NCBI GenBank assembly: GCA_964016885.1
Contig: OZ024743.1
Span: 72,292,001-72,356,000, forward strand
Direction: 5' to 3'
From: Eledone cirrhosa
Lineage: Eukaryota
DNA: 64,000 nt
The translations under genes and the position numbers were made by a program. Below are positions 1 to 13,185 of the stretch, one piece after another (the first letter of the stretch is position 1; each line of letters opens with the position of its first letter). The notes below the pieces were generated by a model. It did no database searches and had not been told where the DNA came from. It saw only the letters and a list, made by a program, of their open reading frames with translations.

Positions 1-1050
1 GGGCTTTCATTAAAGTTACATTTGTGATCCTTAAGAGATAATCTAGGCGCCAGAGGGACATATGGGTTTGTGTACTTATTTATTTCTAAGCTAGTAACTA
101 TATCCTTCCCTACTCTATTTATGTCATTTAATGTACTAATGGGTGTCTTTTAGTAGTGTTTGTGTAGTTCTTTATAAATGAATTGTTTATACTTGCTCGC
201 GTCCATCTTGTACAGCTTATTGGTTTTGTCAGAGGTGACGAAGAGGTGTGGGTCATTCTTGATCTTGGTGATGAGTGTATCCAGGGATGTTAAGAATGGA
301 TTGCTGCATCGGTGTTTTTTTTTAACTTGATGTTTCTGATCATTTTCAGCAGATCCTCCTCAAAGGAGTCTAGCAAGGTGTTGTGCGGTGGTTTTCGGTA
401 TGTTTTGAAGCCATACCTCTCTTTATGTTCAGGAAGGTTGCGGGTGTTCTTATCCAGGTGGTAGGCCTTGCATCTAACTCTCCGTATAAACGAGTTAGTA
501 GCATTTATAAGTTGTTTGAGGTAGGTTTTTCTGCTGTAAGGGGATACACTTGAGAGACATGGGTAACGGTTGATTCTCCAACATGATGGCAAATAAAGTG
601 AGATGCTTTACACAAGGAGTACGGTAATAGAATATTTATGTATCGAGAAAGAGAAGGGGGGAAAGGCGATACATGTAGTTATTTGCCAATCGCGTATGCA
701 GAGGGTGCTCAATACTAGTGCCGGCAGTGTCAAATATTAGAAGTGTTAATATCTAGTGGGCGAGAGAATTAGCAGAGCGGAAGCAGGTGGAGAAGTAAAT
801 AAATGAGAACAGACCGTTAAAACATGTTTATTTAAAATAGCACCTACCTACGTTTCGCCCGAATTGGCTTCTCAAGGGCATAAACAACTAAAAAGCGTTC
901 CTTACATGACCCGGAATGGGTTTTTAGAGATACGTTCACGTCAGAGTTCATTCTTCATAAAAAAAAAACATGTATTGATTTTGCAGTAGGTCAAGGGAGA
1001 TAACTCTAACCGGTGTTAGGGCAGTCTTTTCCGGACGATTTTTTATCCGT
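1..1050 (-). mobile_element. Naiad-like PLE, 5' part (upstream pLTR plus degenerate ORF N-terminus, runs off the window)
   Basis: ORF 290-592 (YLKQLINATNSFIRRVRCKAYH...YGFKT...PP...FEEDLLKMIRNIK) aligns by eye with the N-termini of the PLEs at 13186 and 45659 (YLIKSTDSLIRRMRWKAFH; FEKDLLKMIMNIKF). An HHR lies upstream at 840-880. Confidence 0.75.
840..880 (-). ncRNA. Type-I hammerhead ribozyme, U3-A8 core variant
   Basis: Minus strand reads GCCC-TTGAGAA-GCC AATTCG GGC-GAAA-CGTAGG-TA-GGTGC, then AATAAA. Confidence 0.6.
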
Positions 1051-1489
1051 TACGACTATGTGGTTACTACCCTACCATTGTCAATACACACAGTGTCAGG
1101 TATGCAACGTTAGTTTCGAGACGTTTCCTTGCTTCGCCTGCCTGCCTGGGTCGATTCTTGCCGGGTCTGGGATGCATGGTTAGTTTCCGGATGTTTATTG
1201 CAGCGCCTGCCCGCCGGGGTGTTAAAGCTTGGTGCAGGGAGACCCGGTTTACGGTTTTCACTCCTCGTTCTTATTCCATCTGGAGAAGGATATTTTTAAG
1301 CGGTGTGTCGAGGCCATCGTCGTTTCAGCTCTGCTGTTGATGAGCTCGTGGGGTGCCGTTATGATATGGTAGAGCTCTATGAGCAAAGCTCGCACTTCCT
1401 CTTGAAGTTGTACGGTGCAGCTCTGTCGACAATTTCCTAGTGCGTCGAGAAGCCGATGTTTGAGTCTTTTAATGCCGTGATATATATAT

Positions 1490-3590
1490 ATTGAACTCAA
1501 AATTATTCACTTACCATCATGATTACTTACTACACTCTCGACACGCCGAACGTGATCTCGAGACTAATTTCTCTCGGTTAAAACTTACCATTACTAACAT
1601 CCTACAAAAACAAAACACCTACTCACCACAACCTCTCAATACCACAACTCGCTACCATAAGAAACCTCAGGTCTAAGAAACATGTATACCTCCCATCGGA
1701 CAGGGGAAAAGAGTTTTGTGTTATTACCAGAGAGGCCTACAACAACCTAGCCCACCAATTTCTCAACGACGACAATCTCTATTGGAAATGATTGCAATTA
1801 CACCCGCGCTGTGGGAGAACCAGATCAACACCGTCTGGACCAACATCTGCGACAGACGAAGGCTCCCGAAGAGATTCCGGTACAATTGCATAACAAGAAA
1901 AACCAGGCTGCCCAACTTCTACCATTTGATCAAAACTCACCCGACCTGAAAATTAGACCATTGTCTACAGTGATGAAGGACCATCTCATAAAATCTCTTG
2001 GCTTCTGTCCAAGATTTTAAAGTCCCTGTTGACAACCTTCCCGGGCAACGTCTACAGCTCGGATGATGTCATGCAGCGACTCAACTGGATTGTTTTGGCC
2101 TCACGCCACCGGCATCCTCCAGCTCGTATCCATCATTGTAAACAACGCCTTTTTCAAATTCCTGGGTCAAATCCACCGACAGACCTCTGGACTACCCATG
2201 GGATCCAGCCTCTCTAGTTTACTAGCCATTTCGTATATGAACAGTCTTGAAGGCAAGTTCTCAACTCATGCGACACCTGCGCGTTCTTCACTAAATATGT
2301 GGATTATATGCTCATACTCACATCCACCAAGGAGAATGCCAACAAGATTTTTGAATCTTTCAAAAAAGCTGACAATAACATCAAGTTCAGCATCAAATAT
2401 CCCACCGACTCCGGGTCCCACGCTCTGCTTGATTTCAGACTGAACATCTCTGATAGCGGTGAAATCCACACCGATTTCTACAGCAAAGTAGGGATTTGTT
2501 TGTGCCCTCCCCAACAGCTCTAAAAGAGGGTACATCTTCAATGAAATGGCTCACATGCACAACCGATGCAGTGACACTGCTAACAGAGCCACCCATATCA
2601 GACGATACTAACAGGTACTTGTGATTAACGGCAACCCAGCTCCCTTCTCACCCCCACGCCGAAACCCCAGACACAGAGACCGGACCAACACTAACGGCAG
2701 TTGCTTCTTCAAGATCCCACATCTCAGGGAGGAAATCACCAACGCCATATGCAAAGCCATCAGAAGAGAGGGCCTCGATATCAAACTAGCTCACTCTAGA
2801 CCTTTCTTGCAAATATGCCTCTCCACAAGGAAACCCCTCAATGAAGTTAACGGATGCACCCTAGCCAATTGCTCTATACGTAACACTAATTACTGCCTAC
2901 CTATCTACGTAGTATACAGTCTAGAGTGTATCAAGGGCAACCTACTTTAGATAGGCAGCACTATTCGACCGTTACATCTCCGTATTAAAGAGTATGTTAA
3001 CACCAACCCCTCTTCCTTCCGCAAACACATCATCAAATGCGGAAACCGGAACAGCCTTAACACCATAATCTTAGCTACTGAATGCAGTATAGACACGTTG
3101 AGAATTAAGGCAGCTCTCTTAATCAAGCAATTAAAACTAGGATCAATAATCGAATGGAAAGAAGTGCATAAGAATGGCTAATTTAAAAGCTTGTATTACA
3201 ACACCCCAGTGGTCCGTTTATATACTCAGATACACACATACATATATCACACACATATTTTCCCTTTTTATTATAGACATATTCACACACATCTTTCACT
3301 ACATACATTTACATACAAACATCCTACTAAGCACACTTACATTGACGCACAAACATGCATATATCAAACACTTTTCCACAGACATTTCACAATGCACACG
3401 TTCACATTTCATTTAAGTTAAATCTGCTCTCCAAACAAGCAGCTCCGTCCGATCGAACCTTTAAGTCTCTTATAATGGATTTTTAAACCCGAAAATATTT
3501 GGGATTATTATATTTGCTAAGGTAAGATTCTATTATGTTAGCAATTTTAATTTTCTTTCTAGTTCACTGTTTAGTTTTCAAAATTATATA
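1490..3590 (+). pseudogene. Degenerate Penelope/Poseidon-like PLE (RT plus GIY-YIG remnants, pLTR at the 3' end)
   Basis: Broken-frame fragments TRLPNFYHLIKTH, GLPMGSSLSSLLA, KYVDY (YVDD), LDFRL and VVYSLEC...IGSTIRPL..RIKE. Bounded by (TA)n at 1479-1490 and 3590 onward. Confidence 0.75.
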
Positions 3591-3603
3591 TATACTATAT
3601 ATA

Positions 3604-3681
<78 letters not shown>

Positions 3682-3691
3682 TATATATATA

Positions 3692-3745
<54 letters not shown>

Positions 3746-3765
3746 CTGTGTGTGTGTGTGTGTAT
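3587..3765. repeat. (TA)n/(TG)n microsatellite
   Basis: Read directly from the sequence. Confidence 0.97.
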
Positions 3766-3845
3766 GTTTATAAAGTATTAACAAGAGGAGGAGCGCGCTA
3801 TATACAAAAATAACTAATTAATTTGTATGCGCACATATATTATTC

Positions 3846-4000
3846 TATTTACAGCCAAGCGTTTCATGTGGTGATAAAAATATAACAGGTAAGCCACCGA
3901 ATATTTAGCACCTAAACGACATCTTGAAATTGTAAATGCCTTGCACACAGAAACCCACACTGTCGGCATTGAAATATGTATCACAGCATTATCAATAAAG
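3846..4000 (-). ncRNA. Putative hammerhead (TTGATAA core) with a stem-II region of about 120 nt, in an orphan pLTR fragment
   Basis: Minus strand reads TTGATAA-TGCTGTGATA...TATCACCACAT-GAAA-CGCTTGGCTG-TA; stem I is weak. Confidence 0.4.
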
Positions 4001-4185
4001 GACTTTCACATCTGAAACTACTTTGCATTTTCTTATTCTCTCTCTATCTCTCTCTCTATATATATATATGATTATATAAATGTGTGTGTGTGAGCCCCGG
4101 GTTCAACCGGGCGTAACCACAATGAGCAAGGTACTCAATACACTCGTAGAGTGTAAACCAAGTTTAATATAGAAATAGCTTCTAC

Positions 4186-4225
4186 AGGAGTAGCACTGTT
4201 TCATTCAAAAGAAATCGTCAGTCCT
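4186..4225 (-). ncRNA. Minimal hammerhead in an orphan pLTR (about 4092-4440); related to the copy at 38040-38076
   Basis: Minus strand reads AGGA-CTGACGA-TTTC TTTT GAAT-GAAA-CAGTGC-TA-CTCCT. The flanking sequence is homologous to 37950-38075. Confidence 0.6.
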
Positions 4226-5933
4226 CTAGTTGTAATTTCAATACTAAACTTGGAAATCAATTTCGAACTATTGGTGGACTCTTCAAACATCAACGATTGG
4301 ACGACAGGAGAAGAGGAATTTTTGATACCGAGCAAGTGAGAAAAGGTATAGAAAACGAATCTAGCCCAGTATTATCAGATCGATAATGGTATCGGATCCC
4401 TATATTCTATAGGTGACCCTGAGCCAATCCTTTGAGAAATGCACGTAACAGGGTGATAAACAACAAAAAGGTAAATAAAACTATACTTCAACGTTTTTCT
4501 TCATCCTTTACATCACGGATCACAGGCCTTGCGCACCAGGAATGAATAGAGTCTGATTGGGTCCTGTTTCCCTCGTGGACTCAACTCCCCTCCTCGATTT
4601 CTTTAATACCCTCTCCGTTATCACCCACGCACTTGTACATTCACCTCTAGATTCATATGGCTCTCTTATGGTCAGAAACATATACTCTTACGACTAATAC
4701 AGAACAGCAAAATATGCACACTCCAATGTTCCCTTCCCAGAAGACATTTCTATTATAAATAATGATGTTTACACTCTATTAATGCATCGAATAACATTTT
4801 AACTGTGGCAACCCCAATTTCGCTCTAGATATATATATACGAGTACGCTGAAATACAACCCTCCTGGCACTGTTAAATATGCCGGGTCCGCCAACTTCTT
4901 ATTATATTTTATATAAACATATATATATATATATATATATAATTCAAGAAAGAAGAGTGACATGGTTGGCTATACAATAAGAGCTTTATTCGCATTGTTG
5001 ACAATTGTTTCTTTGAGCTGGTAGGTCTAGAGTTCGCTACTCGCTTGATGTTGCGTCAATCGATCTCCAATACTTTGTTTATAACCAGTCGTTTCATCAG
5101 ACCGTACTAAAATGAATGAGATACTCAAGGCATGGCTTTTATAGAGGAGTGGTATTAAACCAGAACAATAATATCAATAATAAAATAACTAGATACTGAA
5201 TCGTTAAAATAAAACATCAATTTAAGAAAGACAGAGTATAATGATGAATCTAGCATATTAAACGAAATGATATGATACAGATGTATGAAATTGACATGTC
5301 AAAACTGCTATAGGGTACATTAGATGAAATCCACATTCTCACACAGCCCACTTCAGAACCATAATCTTCTATAAACACCTTCAAGCCTCGCTAAATCTAT
5401 ACCACTAGGATGGGGCAGTAATGTCTACAACCATCAATCAATAAGTCAGCCCATAAATCAATCCCATCTTTGCTGTTGTTTACTCCTTCGGACCAAACAA
5501 TTATATCTACGTATCTCATATTAACTCTCATGATCTCTAACAGATGAACTTAATTCTAAGTACATTATCTTATTACTCCTACACTCCTTGAAATCTGATT
5601 TTCCTCTTATTATTATTATTATTATGATCATTATGGACGCACATGTGTGAAGGCGGACAAGTCTGCGGGGGAAAAGGTTCGTAACTTTAAGCTGTTTTAA
5701 AGTATCATTTTTTGTATTTTCTTGTCGTTAACAAAACATAAGGTAACCTCCTTGGTTTCAAGGAAGGGATACCTCTCAATATTCGGGCTTTAAGCCCGAA
5801 TATTCAGATTTATTTTCAAAAACTTCGATAAAAATCGCTTCCCTACCAAAAAAAAAAAAAAAATGTTCGACCTTGGGTCAAAAGTTCAAAAGCAGCCACT
5901 GTAGATTTCACCACAACTTCGACTGCTACAGAC

Positions 5934-7650
5934 ATGCCTGTCATCCTCTCCACTAAATGTGAAGGCAAAACTCAAAAGCTACCATCACAACCTTCTGTGT
6001 TAGCAGCAGTATCATCTGAAAACGACATCACCACCACCACCGCCGCCGCCACCACCGCCACAACAACAACAACTCAGAGCAACAACGACAATAACACCGA
6101 CAGCTTCAATGTAAACACGGATGGCGGTGGCAACAACAGCAACAACAAACAAAACAACAACAACAACAACAATAACAACAGCAAGAACGACAACACCGAC
6201 AACAAGAGCAACAGAGGCACCACATTTGCTGCAGCAGCAGCTAAAACAAAGCGCTTATTGAATATTGATATTAGCGATAAAGACGAACAGTTGACCCAGG
6301 CGAGGAGGCTAATTAAACGGAAGAAGTCCTGGGCAAACCAGATCATCCAGGACGGGGCAATAGCGGCCATGCAAAGGAGGAGGGTGTACTTTCGATTCAT
6401 TTCGGTGCAGACACGAAAAGTGGAACTTGGCAGCCAAGCATAGGTCGAGGCTGCTTTGGAGTGCATCGGAAGTGACATAGAGTATAAAGCAAGAGCCAAA
6501 CAATTCAGTACGTTCTCGGTACTGTTCAAAACCGAGGCCCTTGCTATTAAGCACTCGGTGACCCCCTGCAGAACGGAACGCATTATCATGCACCCGTCCT
6601 ACATGGGTAAAAAGACAGTAAAGGTCCGCATTCCTAGCATCCCACCAGGAATGAACATATGGTGGCTGCTGGGATGCGTAACCGAGGAGGGGACAGGCAC
6701 TACCCTCCTGGATATCAAAATGACAGAGAGAGAAGACTGGTCCGGAATGGATTTGGAGATTCTTCTCCAAATGAAACCGGAGGACAGGAACAACATCCCG
6801 GATTTTTCCCGCCTGCAGGACTGGACAACAATCCAACTAATCACTGAGGGACACTGCTTCGTCTGCGGGGAAGTAACGCATCTGCAAGCCTTCTGCCCTC
6901 AGCGCAAAAGTGCTGGGGGTCGCAAACCTCCTTTGTTGCCAACGCCAGTGTCAGCACGGAAAGCTGCACCACCACCACGAAAACAACACCAACAAAGACA
7001 CGGACACCAATATCCAAAACAGCCGGACCACCACCAACACCGAAACCAATCCAAGGGAAAATCGAGCAAAGCTCTCCTACTACCCCTGCCCCCCCCCCAA
7101 TTATACACATAAACAAAACAATAAACGCACACACAGACACAGACACAATCACAGTCACAGACCCTTTGTCTTCCAGCAGCGAAGATGAAGGAAAACCCAA
7201 AAGTGCAAAAAAACCCAGAGAAAACTCACAAAAAATACAGCACCATTAACGCAAACACTTCCCCAATAACATCAGCACCAACAGCAACATCGACACCACT
7301 CCCACAATCCCCGAAACGCAAACAACCTAAACACAAGTACAAATAAATACACAAATACCTGAAATTGAAGACACCACACCTACAATAAACACAGTAACAC
7401 CCAAAACAACACCACCACAACCATCACCACCACAGTCACCAAAACGAAAACAAATAAAACCACACCAACAAAATGTTGAAAATTTCGTGCTTGTCAAAAG
7501 GGCCAGCGATAAACTGATGACCCTCTTCGCACGAAAGCGAGGACTTTCAAACAGAGAGGGAGATTTTTGAAATGAGCACATTTTGCGTGCCAGAAGATTT
7601 GCTTTTTGTCCGAATTTCACTCGATTCATTCAAAGAAATTCAGGAGAGCT
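5934..7650 (+). pseudogene. Tx1-type ORF1 (Asn/Thr-rich N-terminus, CCHC zinc knuckle), disrupted; end approximate
   Basis: CFVCGEVTHLQAFCP zinc knuckle; in-frame TAG at 6441-6443 and later frameshifts. Confidence 0.75.
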
Positions 7651-7798
7651 GTCCTCAAGACGTGGGAACCCCGAATGTGAAACCCACATCGAGACTTTTA
7701 AAGGGGTTCCAAAAAAAAACCATGCAGGTCGAACCACCCGACCTTCACAAGACCCAGGATGTCAAGTAAACCTTCCCTCTTTCTTTTAGCTTGCCAAC

Positions 7799-10700
7799 AT
7801 GGCCATATTAAGAGTAGGAAGTTTAAATATTCGCGGCCTGGGGTCACCCTGGAAGCAGGGTCGCTGGAAATAGATGTGATTGCCGTCAGCGAGATCAGAA
7901 TTTCCGACACGCGCACACTAGCCCCCATTTTCGACGACTATCAGATCTTCACATCTGTTAGCATGCCGGAAATGGGAGGTGTGGTGGCAGTGCTGTTTAG
8001 GAAAGGAATGGATCTCGAGGTAAGGTCGATCTTCCGGGACCCGGATGGTAATTAGGTGTCTTGGATGTGAGCAGTAGCGAAGGTGGTGCCTTTAGACTGC
8101 TGGCCATACGCCCCTACAGGGGCCGGACGACCGGACATCTTTAGGCGCCTGGAGACCTTTCTGGGTACGTCTCGCCCTTTACTGTTAACGGGGGACTGGA
8201 ATGGCTCTTTAGACGGACGCTGGGATTGTGTGGGAGTAGCTGATAAGAGCGGTGGGTGCAAAAGCCTCAAGCACCTACTCAGCCAGTTCCAACTGTCTGA
8301 CAAGTATCGACCAGATTTCCCCAATGTGCCAGTATGGACATGAACCAACCGAGTGGGGTCATGTAGATCGTATATAGACAGGATCTTCATTAGGAAAATA
8401 GATAGAAATAGTGTAGGCGGCCGACTTTTTAAAACGGTCGCCTATTCAGATCACAAATTTGTGATCTGTATGGTCGACCTAGATAAAACGCGTAGGTTGG
8501 GATCGGGTTACTGGAAGCTGAACATGTCATTTCCGGCATGTAAGGCTTACAGGGACCGAGTCAATAATTTAGTTAAGCAAAAGTTGACAGGGGGGATCAT
8601 CAACAACAGATGGTGGGGGCTCTCAAAAGAGAGATTAGAGTAACTTCGATAGAGTTCAGCAAAGAACTAGCGTTAGAGAAAAATAGAAAGGAGAATGTGC
8701 TGATAGATAAGTTAGACGACGCTATTTGTAGTGGCATTGCAACTGATAGCTAGCGGTGAGAATGGAATTAGACCATTTCTTCAATGCGAAACACGAAGGA
8801 TGCATTGTCAGAGGTAAGGCGCGTGAGCTGAGAAACGAGGGAACCAAAGCTGTTCGATGGGCCCGCGTGGCGGAGGCGCAGCGTGGTAATAAAACCACAA
8901 TTCGGTCTTTGGCGGACCGAGACGGACACGAGATAAGCGATTCCAAGCGGATGTGTGAGGCCTTTCGCCAGCACTTTGCTCGGTTGTTCGGGGAGAGTGG
9001 CGAGTCAGAGAGAGTAGCGGATTTCAGTCCCTACCTTGACGACTTGCCGCGGATCTCGACGGTCGACGCTGAGCGCTGCGAAAGGCCGATTACTTCAGCC
9101 GAAATTCAGGACGCCCTTGTCGGCTGCATGAGGCGCAAGTCACCCGGTTTGGATGGCCTGACCTACGAGATTTACGTAAATATGCCAGACTTGTTCTTCG
9201 ATCTCCTCGAAACACTCTACTGTAACTGGCAGCAGAATGGGAGTATTCCCAGTTCTGTGAACAGGGGAGTGGTGACGCTGATAAGGAAAGAGGAGAACAA
9301 GAGTGATACATTAGACAACTTCAGGCCCATAACTCTGCTCAACACAGAGTTTAAGATTTTGGCCAAGGTTTTAGCAAAGAGATTGGCGCTTGTCGTCTAG
9401 GAATTGGTTGGGGAGGCGCAAACTTGCGCAATCCCAGCCAGATCCATACACGATAATCTCCACCCCATGCGATACATCATAGTGGGGTTAGGGTGTAAAC
9501 CTGGCTTCGGTGGGGCACTGATCAATTTAGATCAATCGAAAGCATTCGATAGGATCGACCCCCGGTATCTGGAGTTTGTCCTCAAAGCAGCTGGGTACGG
9601 CCCTGTCTTCAGAAGCTGGATCGCTGCAATGCACAGCGGCACACGCTCGGTGTTCAAGGTTAATGGCCACCTCTCGGAACCATTTCGGCTCTCCCGATCG
9701 GTCCGTCAGGGGTGCCTTCTCTCTTCCCTTCTGTACGTATTGCGGAAGCTGGAGCTGTTGGAGGGCATCCCGCTCGAACCGGGACGTGGAAAGGAGGTGT
9801 CGGCTTATGCGGACGACATCACCGTGATGGTGTCGAACACCTCAGAAATTGAGGTGGTCGGCCCCTTATTGAAGGAATACGAAATGTTGACAGGAGCCAA
9901 ACTTAACACGGAAAAGTCGGTGGGCTTGCAGCTCGGAACCTGAAGAGGCAAGCCCATGCCGTCCAACAGCGTCGTGGAGCGCTGGACGGACCGGTAAAGT
10001 TGTTTGGATTTGGTTCTGACCAGACCTCCAGGTGGAAAAGAATTGGGACGAGGTAACGAGCAGAGTAGCCAGTCTCACCCAAAAGTGGGCTGGGAGGAAG
10101 CTATCACTGAACGGTCGCGCGGAGGTGGAGAATGCGTACATCGCGTCCGTCATCCACTACCGCCTGACCGTCGTGCCTTGCCCCCGTCCGCGCTAGTCAA
10201 GTTGGAACGGCTCCTCTTCAAATTCTTGTGGAGGGGACAAGTTCCGTTGGTGAGGCGGTCCGTCTGCTGCCAGCACCCTCTACGCGGAGGGCTGGGCATG
10301 CCGTGGCTAATGATGCGCAGACATGCGTTGAGGCTGCGACATCTCCAGATATTCTGCCTAAACGGTGAACAAGTGTGGTCGCCGTTTATCAGACGGCCCT
10401 TTCCGCTGCTCGTTTCTTTGACTGAGCTGCAGTCCTGGGTCAAGAAGAGACAGAGACTGGGTGACTGGCACCTGGAAAGTTTCCAGGAACTCACTGCCCT
10501 CTACCAAGCGGGCAATGCGATCAGTGGAACTTCCACTCTCGAGTTCTATAGAGGATTATGGGGAGCAAGTACGATGACGCACTCGGAGAAGCTTTGGGCC
10601 TCGATAAAGTCGAAGTGACCAGTCTGTACCAGAGGACTTTCGAGCCGGGGACGATGGACAATTTCCAAAACTCCCTCGCCTGGCAGAGATACCGGGGGGA

Positions 10701-11169
10701 ACTGCCGGTTCAGGAAACACTCTACAGGCACGGAAGTGCTGTCAGATGGACCTGCCTAATATGCGGACAGAATGACGAAACCGTTCTGCAGGCACTCATC
10801 CAATGTCCGTGAATTACTGACTTGTGGAGTTATGTCGAACAGCTACTGTCGCGTGTGGAACGAATCCGGCTATCGGCCGAGTCCATAGTGAAGATTGACC
10901 CGCCGCCTTCCTTAGGTCAGGAAGTGCAGGAAATGTTCCTCTGTCTGGTGACAGTTGCGAAAGAGGTTATATGGTGGAACAGATTAAAAGGACTGAAGAC
11001 AGACACTTTTCTCTTCGGCCAATCCCTCATCAACTTCTTCAAGTTTCACCTGGAAAGTAAGGTGAGGGTGGAGAGAGAAATGCTTCCTCCCAGTACATTT
11101 GCTAAAAGGTGGATGAATGTGGCGAGAATGGCCCGTGTGAATTGGCCTACTCTGACCATGCGCCTATAG
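7799..11169 (+). pseudogene. Tx1/L1 ORF2 (APE endonuclease, RT, C-terminal zinc finger), disrupted
   Basis: GSLNIRGL, LTGDWN, SYIDRI, SDH (APE); KSPGLDG, FRPITLLNTEFKILAK, DQSKAFDRI, VRQGC, AYADD (RT); CLICGQNDETVLQALIQCP; several stops and frameshifts. Confidence 0.92.
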
Positions 11170-12089
11170 GCTAGCTAACTTGAGGAGAGGGGTGCTCTCA
11201 ATGGGTGCCCTAGAAGCGCCGGGTTGTTAAGAATTGGTGGGGTACCCGAGTCACCCCAGGGTCGTCCAACCCTATCGGGGAATTTATTTTGTTATATTTA
11301 TACATAGTTTATTTTATATTTTTATATCTTCATTGTTAAATTAGTCTTGCCATTGTGCACTTTTACTCGACACTGTCCCTGTCTTTGTATTGTCCCCTAC
11401 ATGTCGGCCCTTCTGGCTAATAAATGAAATCATTATTTTTATGATCATCTCAATGTATCCCTAATTCTATTCATCATGTTCTCTCTATTTACCATGCATA
11501 TTTTCTTATTTCATTACTTTTATTGTCTCTATTATTGTTGTTATTATGTCTTATTTATACACTATTTGTTATTGATGTGAAAACTAACCCCCATGATTCG
11601 AACTAACAATCCCAACTTTTAGAATATTCCACTTAAATACCGAATCTACAACTTCACTTAACACCCCATAAAAACTATATATCTCTATGCACCCACCCTA
11701 TCATTCTCACTAAATTAATACAACGAAAATACTTATCTGTCAAACAATAAATAAATCTCCGTTTTATTGCCAGTGTTCTTTCAGACCTACAGCACACGTA
11801 TATACCTCCTAAATCCTGACTCCGAATACGTTTTATCAGTTATCTCTTCACCACCTTAACACTACATCTAACATACCCTATAGCAGTTTTCACATGTCAA
11901 TTTCATACATCTGTATCATATCAGTTCGTTTAATATGCTAGATTCATCATTATACTCTATTTATTACTTATGTTGATGTTATTATTTTAACTATTCAGTG
12001 TCTAGTTATTTTATTATTGATATTATTGTTCTGGTTTAATACCACTCTTCAATAAAAGCCATACCTTGAGTATCTCCCTCACTTTAGCA

Positions 12090-12198
12090 CGGTCTGATGA
12101 AACGACTGGTTATAAACAAAGTATTGGAGACAGATTGACGCAACATCAAGCGAGTAGCGAACTCTAGACCTACCAGATCAAAGAAACAATTGTCAGCA
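12090..12198 (+). ncRNA. Hammerhead with a stem-II region of about 80 nt and a palindromic stem III (inverted copy at 4996-5104)
   Basis: CTGATGA at 12094, CTGGT...ACCAG pairing, GAAA-CAATTG-TC at 12183-12194, AATAAA at 12204; stem I is weak. Confidence 0.6.
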
Positions 12199-13185
12199 AT
12201 GTGAATAAAACCCTTATGCTATAGACATCCATGTCAGTCTTCTTTCTTGAATTATTATTACTCCAAGTATAAACTACATAGAAATCACCGCAAACTCGCA
12301 GCATCACTATGGAAACGTCTTGTTGAGTTAAACTAAGCCATACGTTAATACCATCAACTACACGGAGTACTCTAACTGGATTACATCTAAGTGGACTGCC
12401 TATAACGATAACCTGTTATTCCGTATATATATATATATATATAGTTAGGGAAGCAGAAAATTGCTTATTGTTATCCAGTTCGTGGTTAAGAAAGACAGTT
12501 TCATGGACGGTTTCAACATACGGTTAAGGGTAACTCCACAAGTTTGTAAGAATTCCGTTCAATCTTGGAGTATAAAGTATAAAAGAGAAAACGCAGGTAA
12601 GCATTAAGAGAAGGATTTTATCCACGTATTTAAGACCGTTTCATTGGTAAGTCCAAACTTATATTGCTATACTGTAAATAGCAGCCACTCAATTATAATT
12701 GTTGTTCACGTCCAAATTTTCAAAATAGTGAGTAAGTTACTCTTGAAATAATTCTTAATATATAGAGATAAACATTTTTTTGGAATTGTATTTACTAGTA
12801 TAGAGAGAGAGGAAGAGGAAGTAGGAAGTGAGGGGACAAACAGAATAGTATAGAGAGAGAGGAAAGGGGAGAAAGTTAGGAAGTAGAGGGACAAACTGAG
12901 ATGGAAGAAGGTGTCGAGTTGGAAGGATTCCTTGATCAGTTTTGATATGTAGACTTCATGTCGTCAATTGTAGTGAGTTAAAGAGAATTAAATTGATCAT
13001 AGTGGGAGGGATAGAGAGAGAGGGGGGATATAAAGAGATAAATATATATATAAACAATATAGATAAAAATAAAAGTAAAGAAGGGGGAGAAAGAAGAAAA
13101 GAAAAGATAGCCAAAAAGGGGAGGGAAGAAAGGAAGAAAAGGAAGACATAGAAGAGGAATGGTTACAATTAATTGATCTTTCGAA

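Larger units (their letters stand above)
5632..11431 (+). mobile_element. Apparently full-length, inactivated L1/Tx1-clade LINE with a 17-bp target-site duplication (TSD)
   Basis: ORF1 plus ORF2 architecture; 3' end AATAAATGAAATC; TSD ATTATTATTATGATCAT (5615-5631) versus ATTATTTTTATGATCAT (11432-11448). Confidence 0.9.
4941..12423 (+). mobile_element. ORF-less fold-back PLE pLTR element (inverted arms 4941-5327 and 11866-12252), interrupted by a Tx1 LINE
   Basis: 4941-5327 is a slightly diverged reverse complement of 11866-12252. Both outer edges abut (TA)n and each arm has an HHR (4996-5104 minus; 12090-12198 plus). Confidence 0.8.

Noticed and set aside
1051-1478. Higher-GC minus-strand segment with short ORFs
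   Set aside because: Probably another retroelement fragment next to a TA tract, but I could not recognise a motif.
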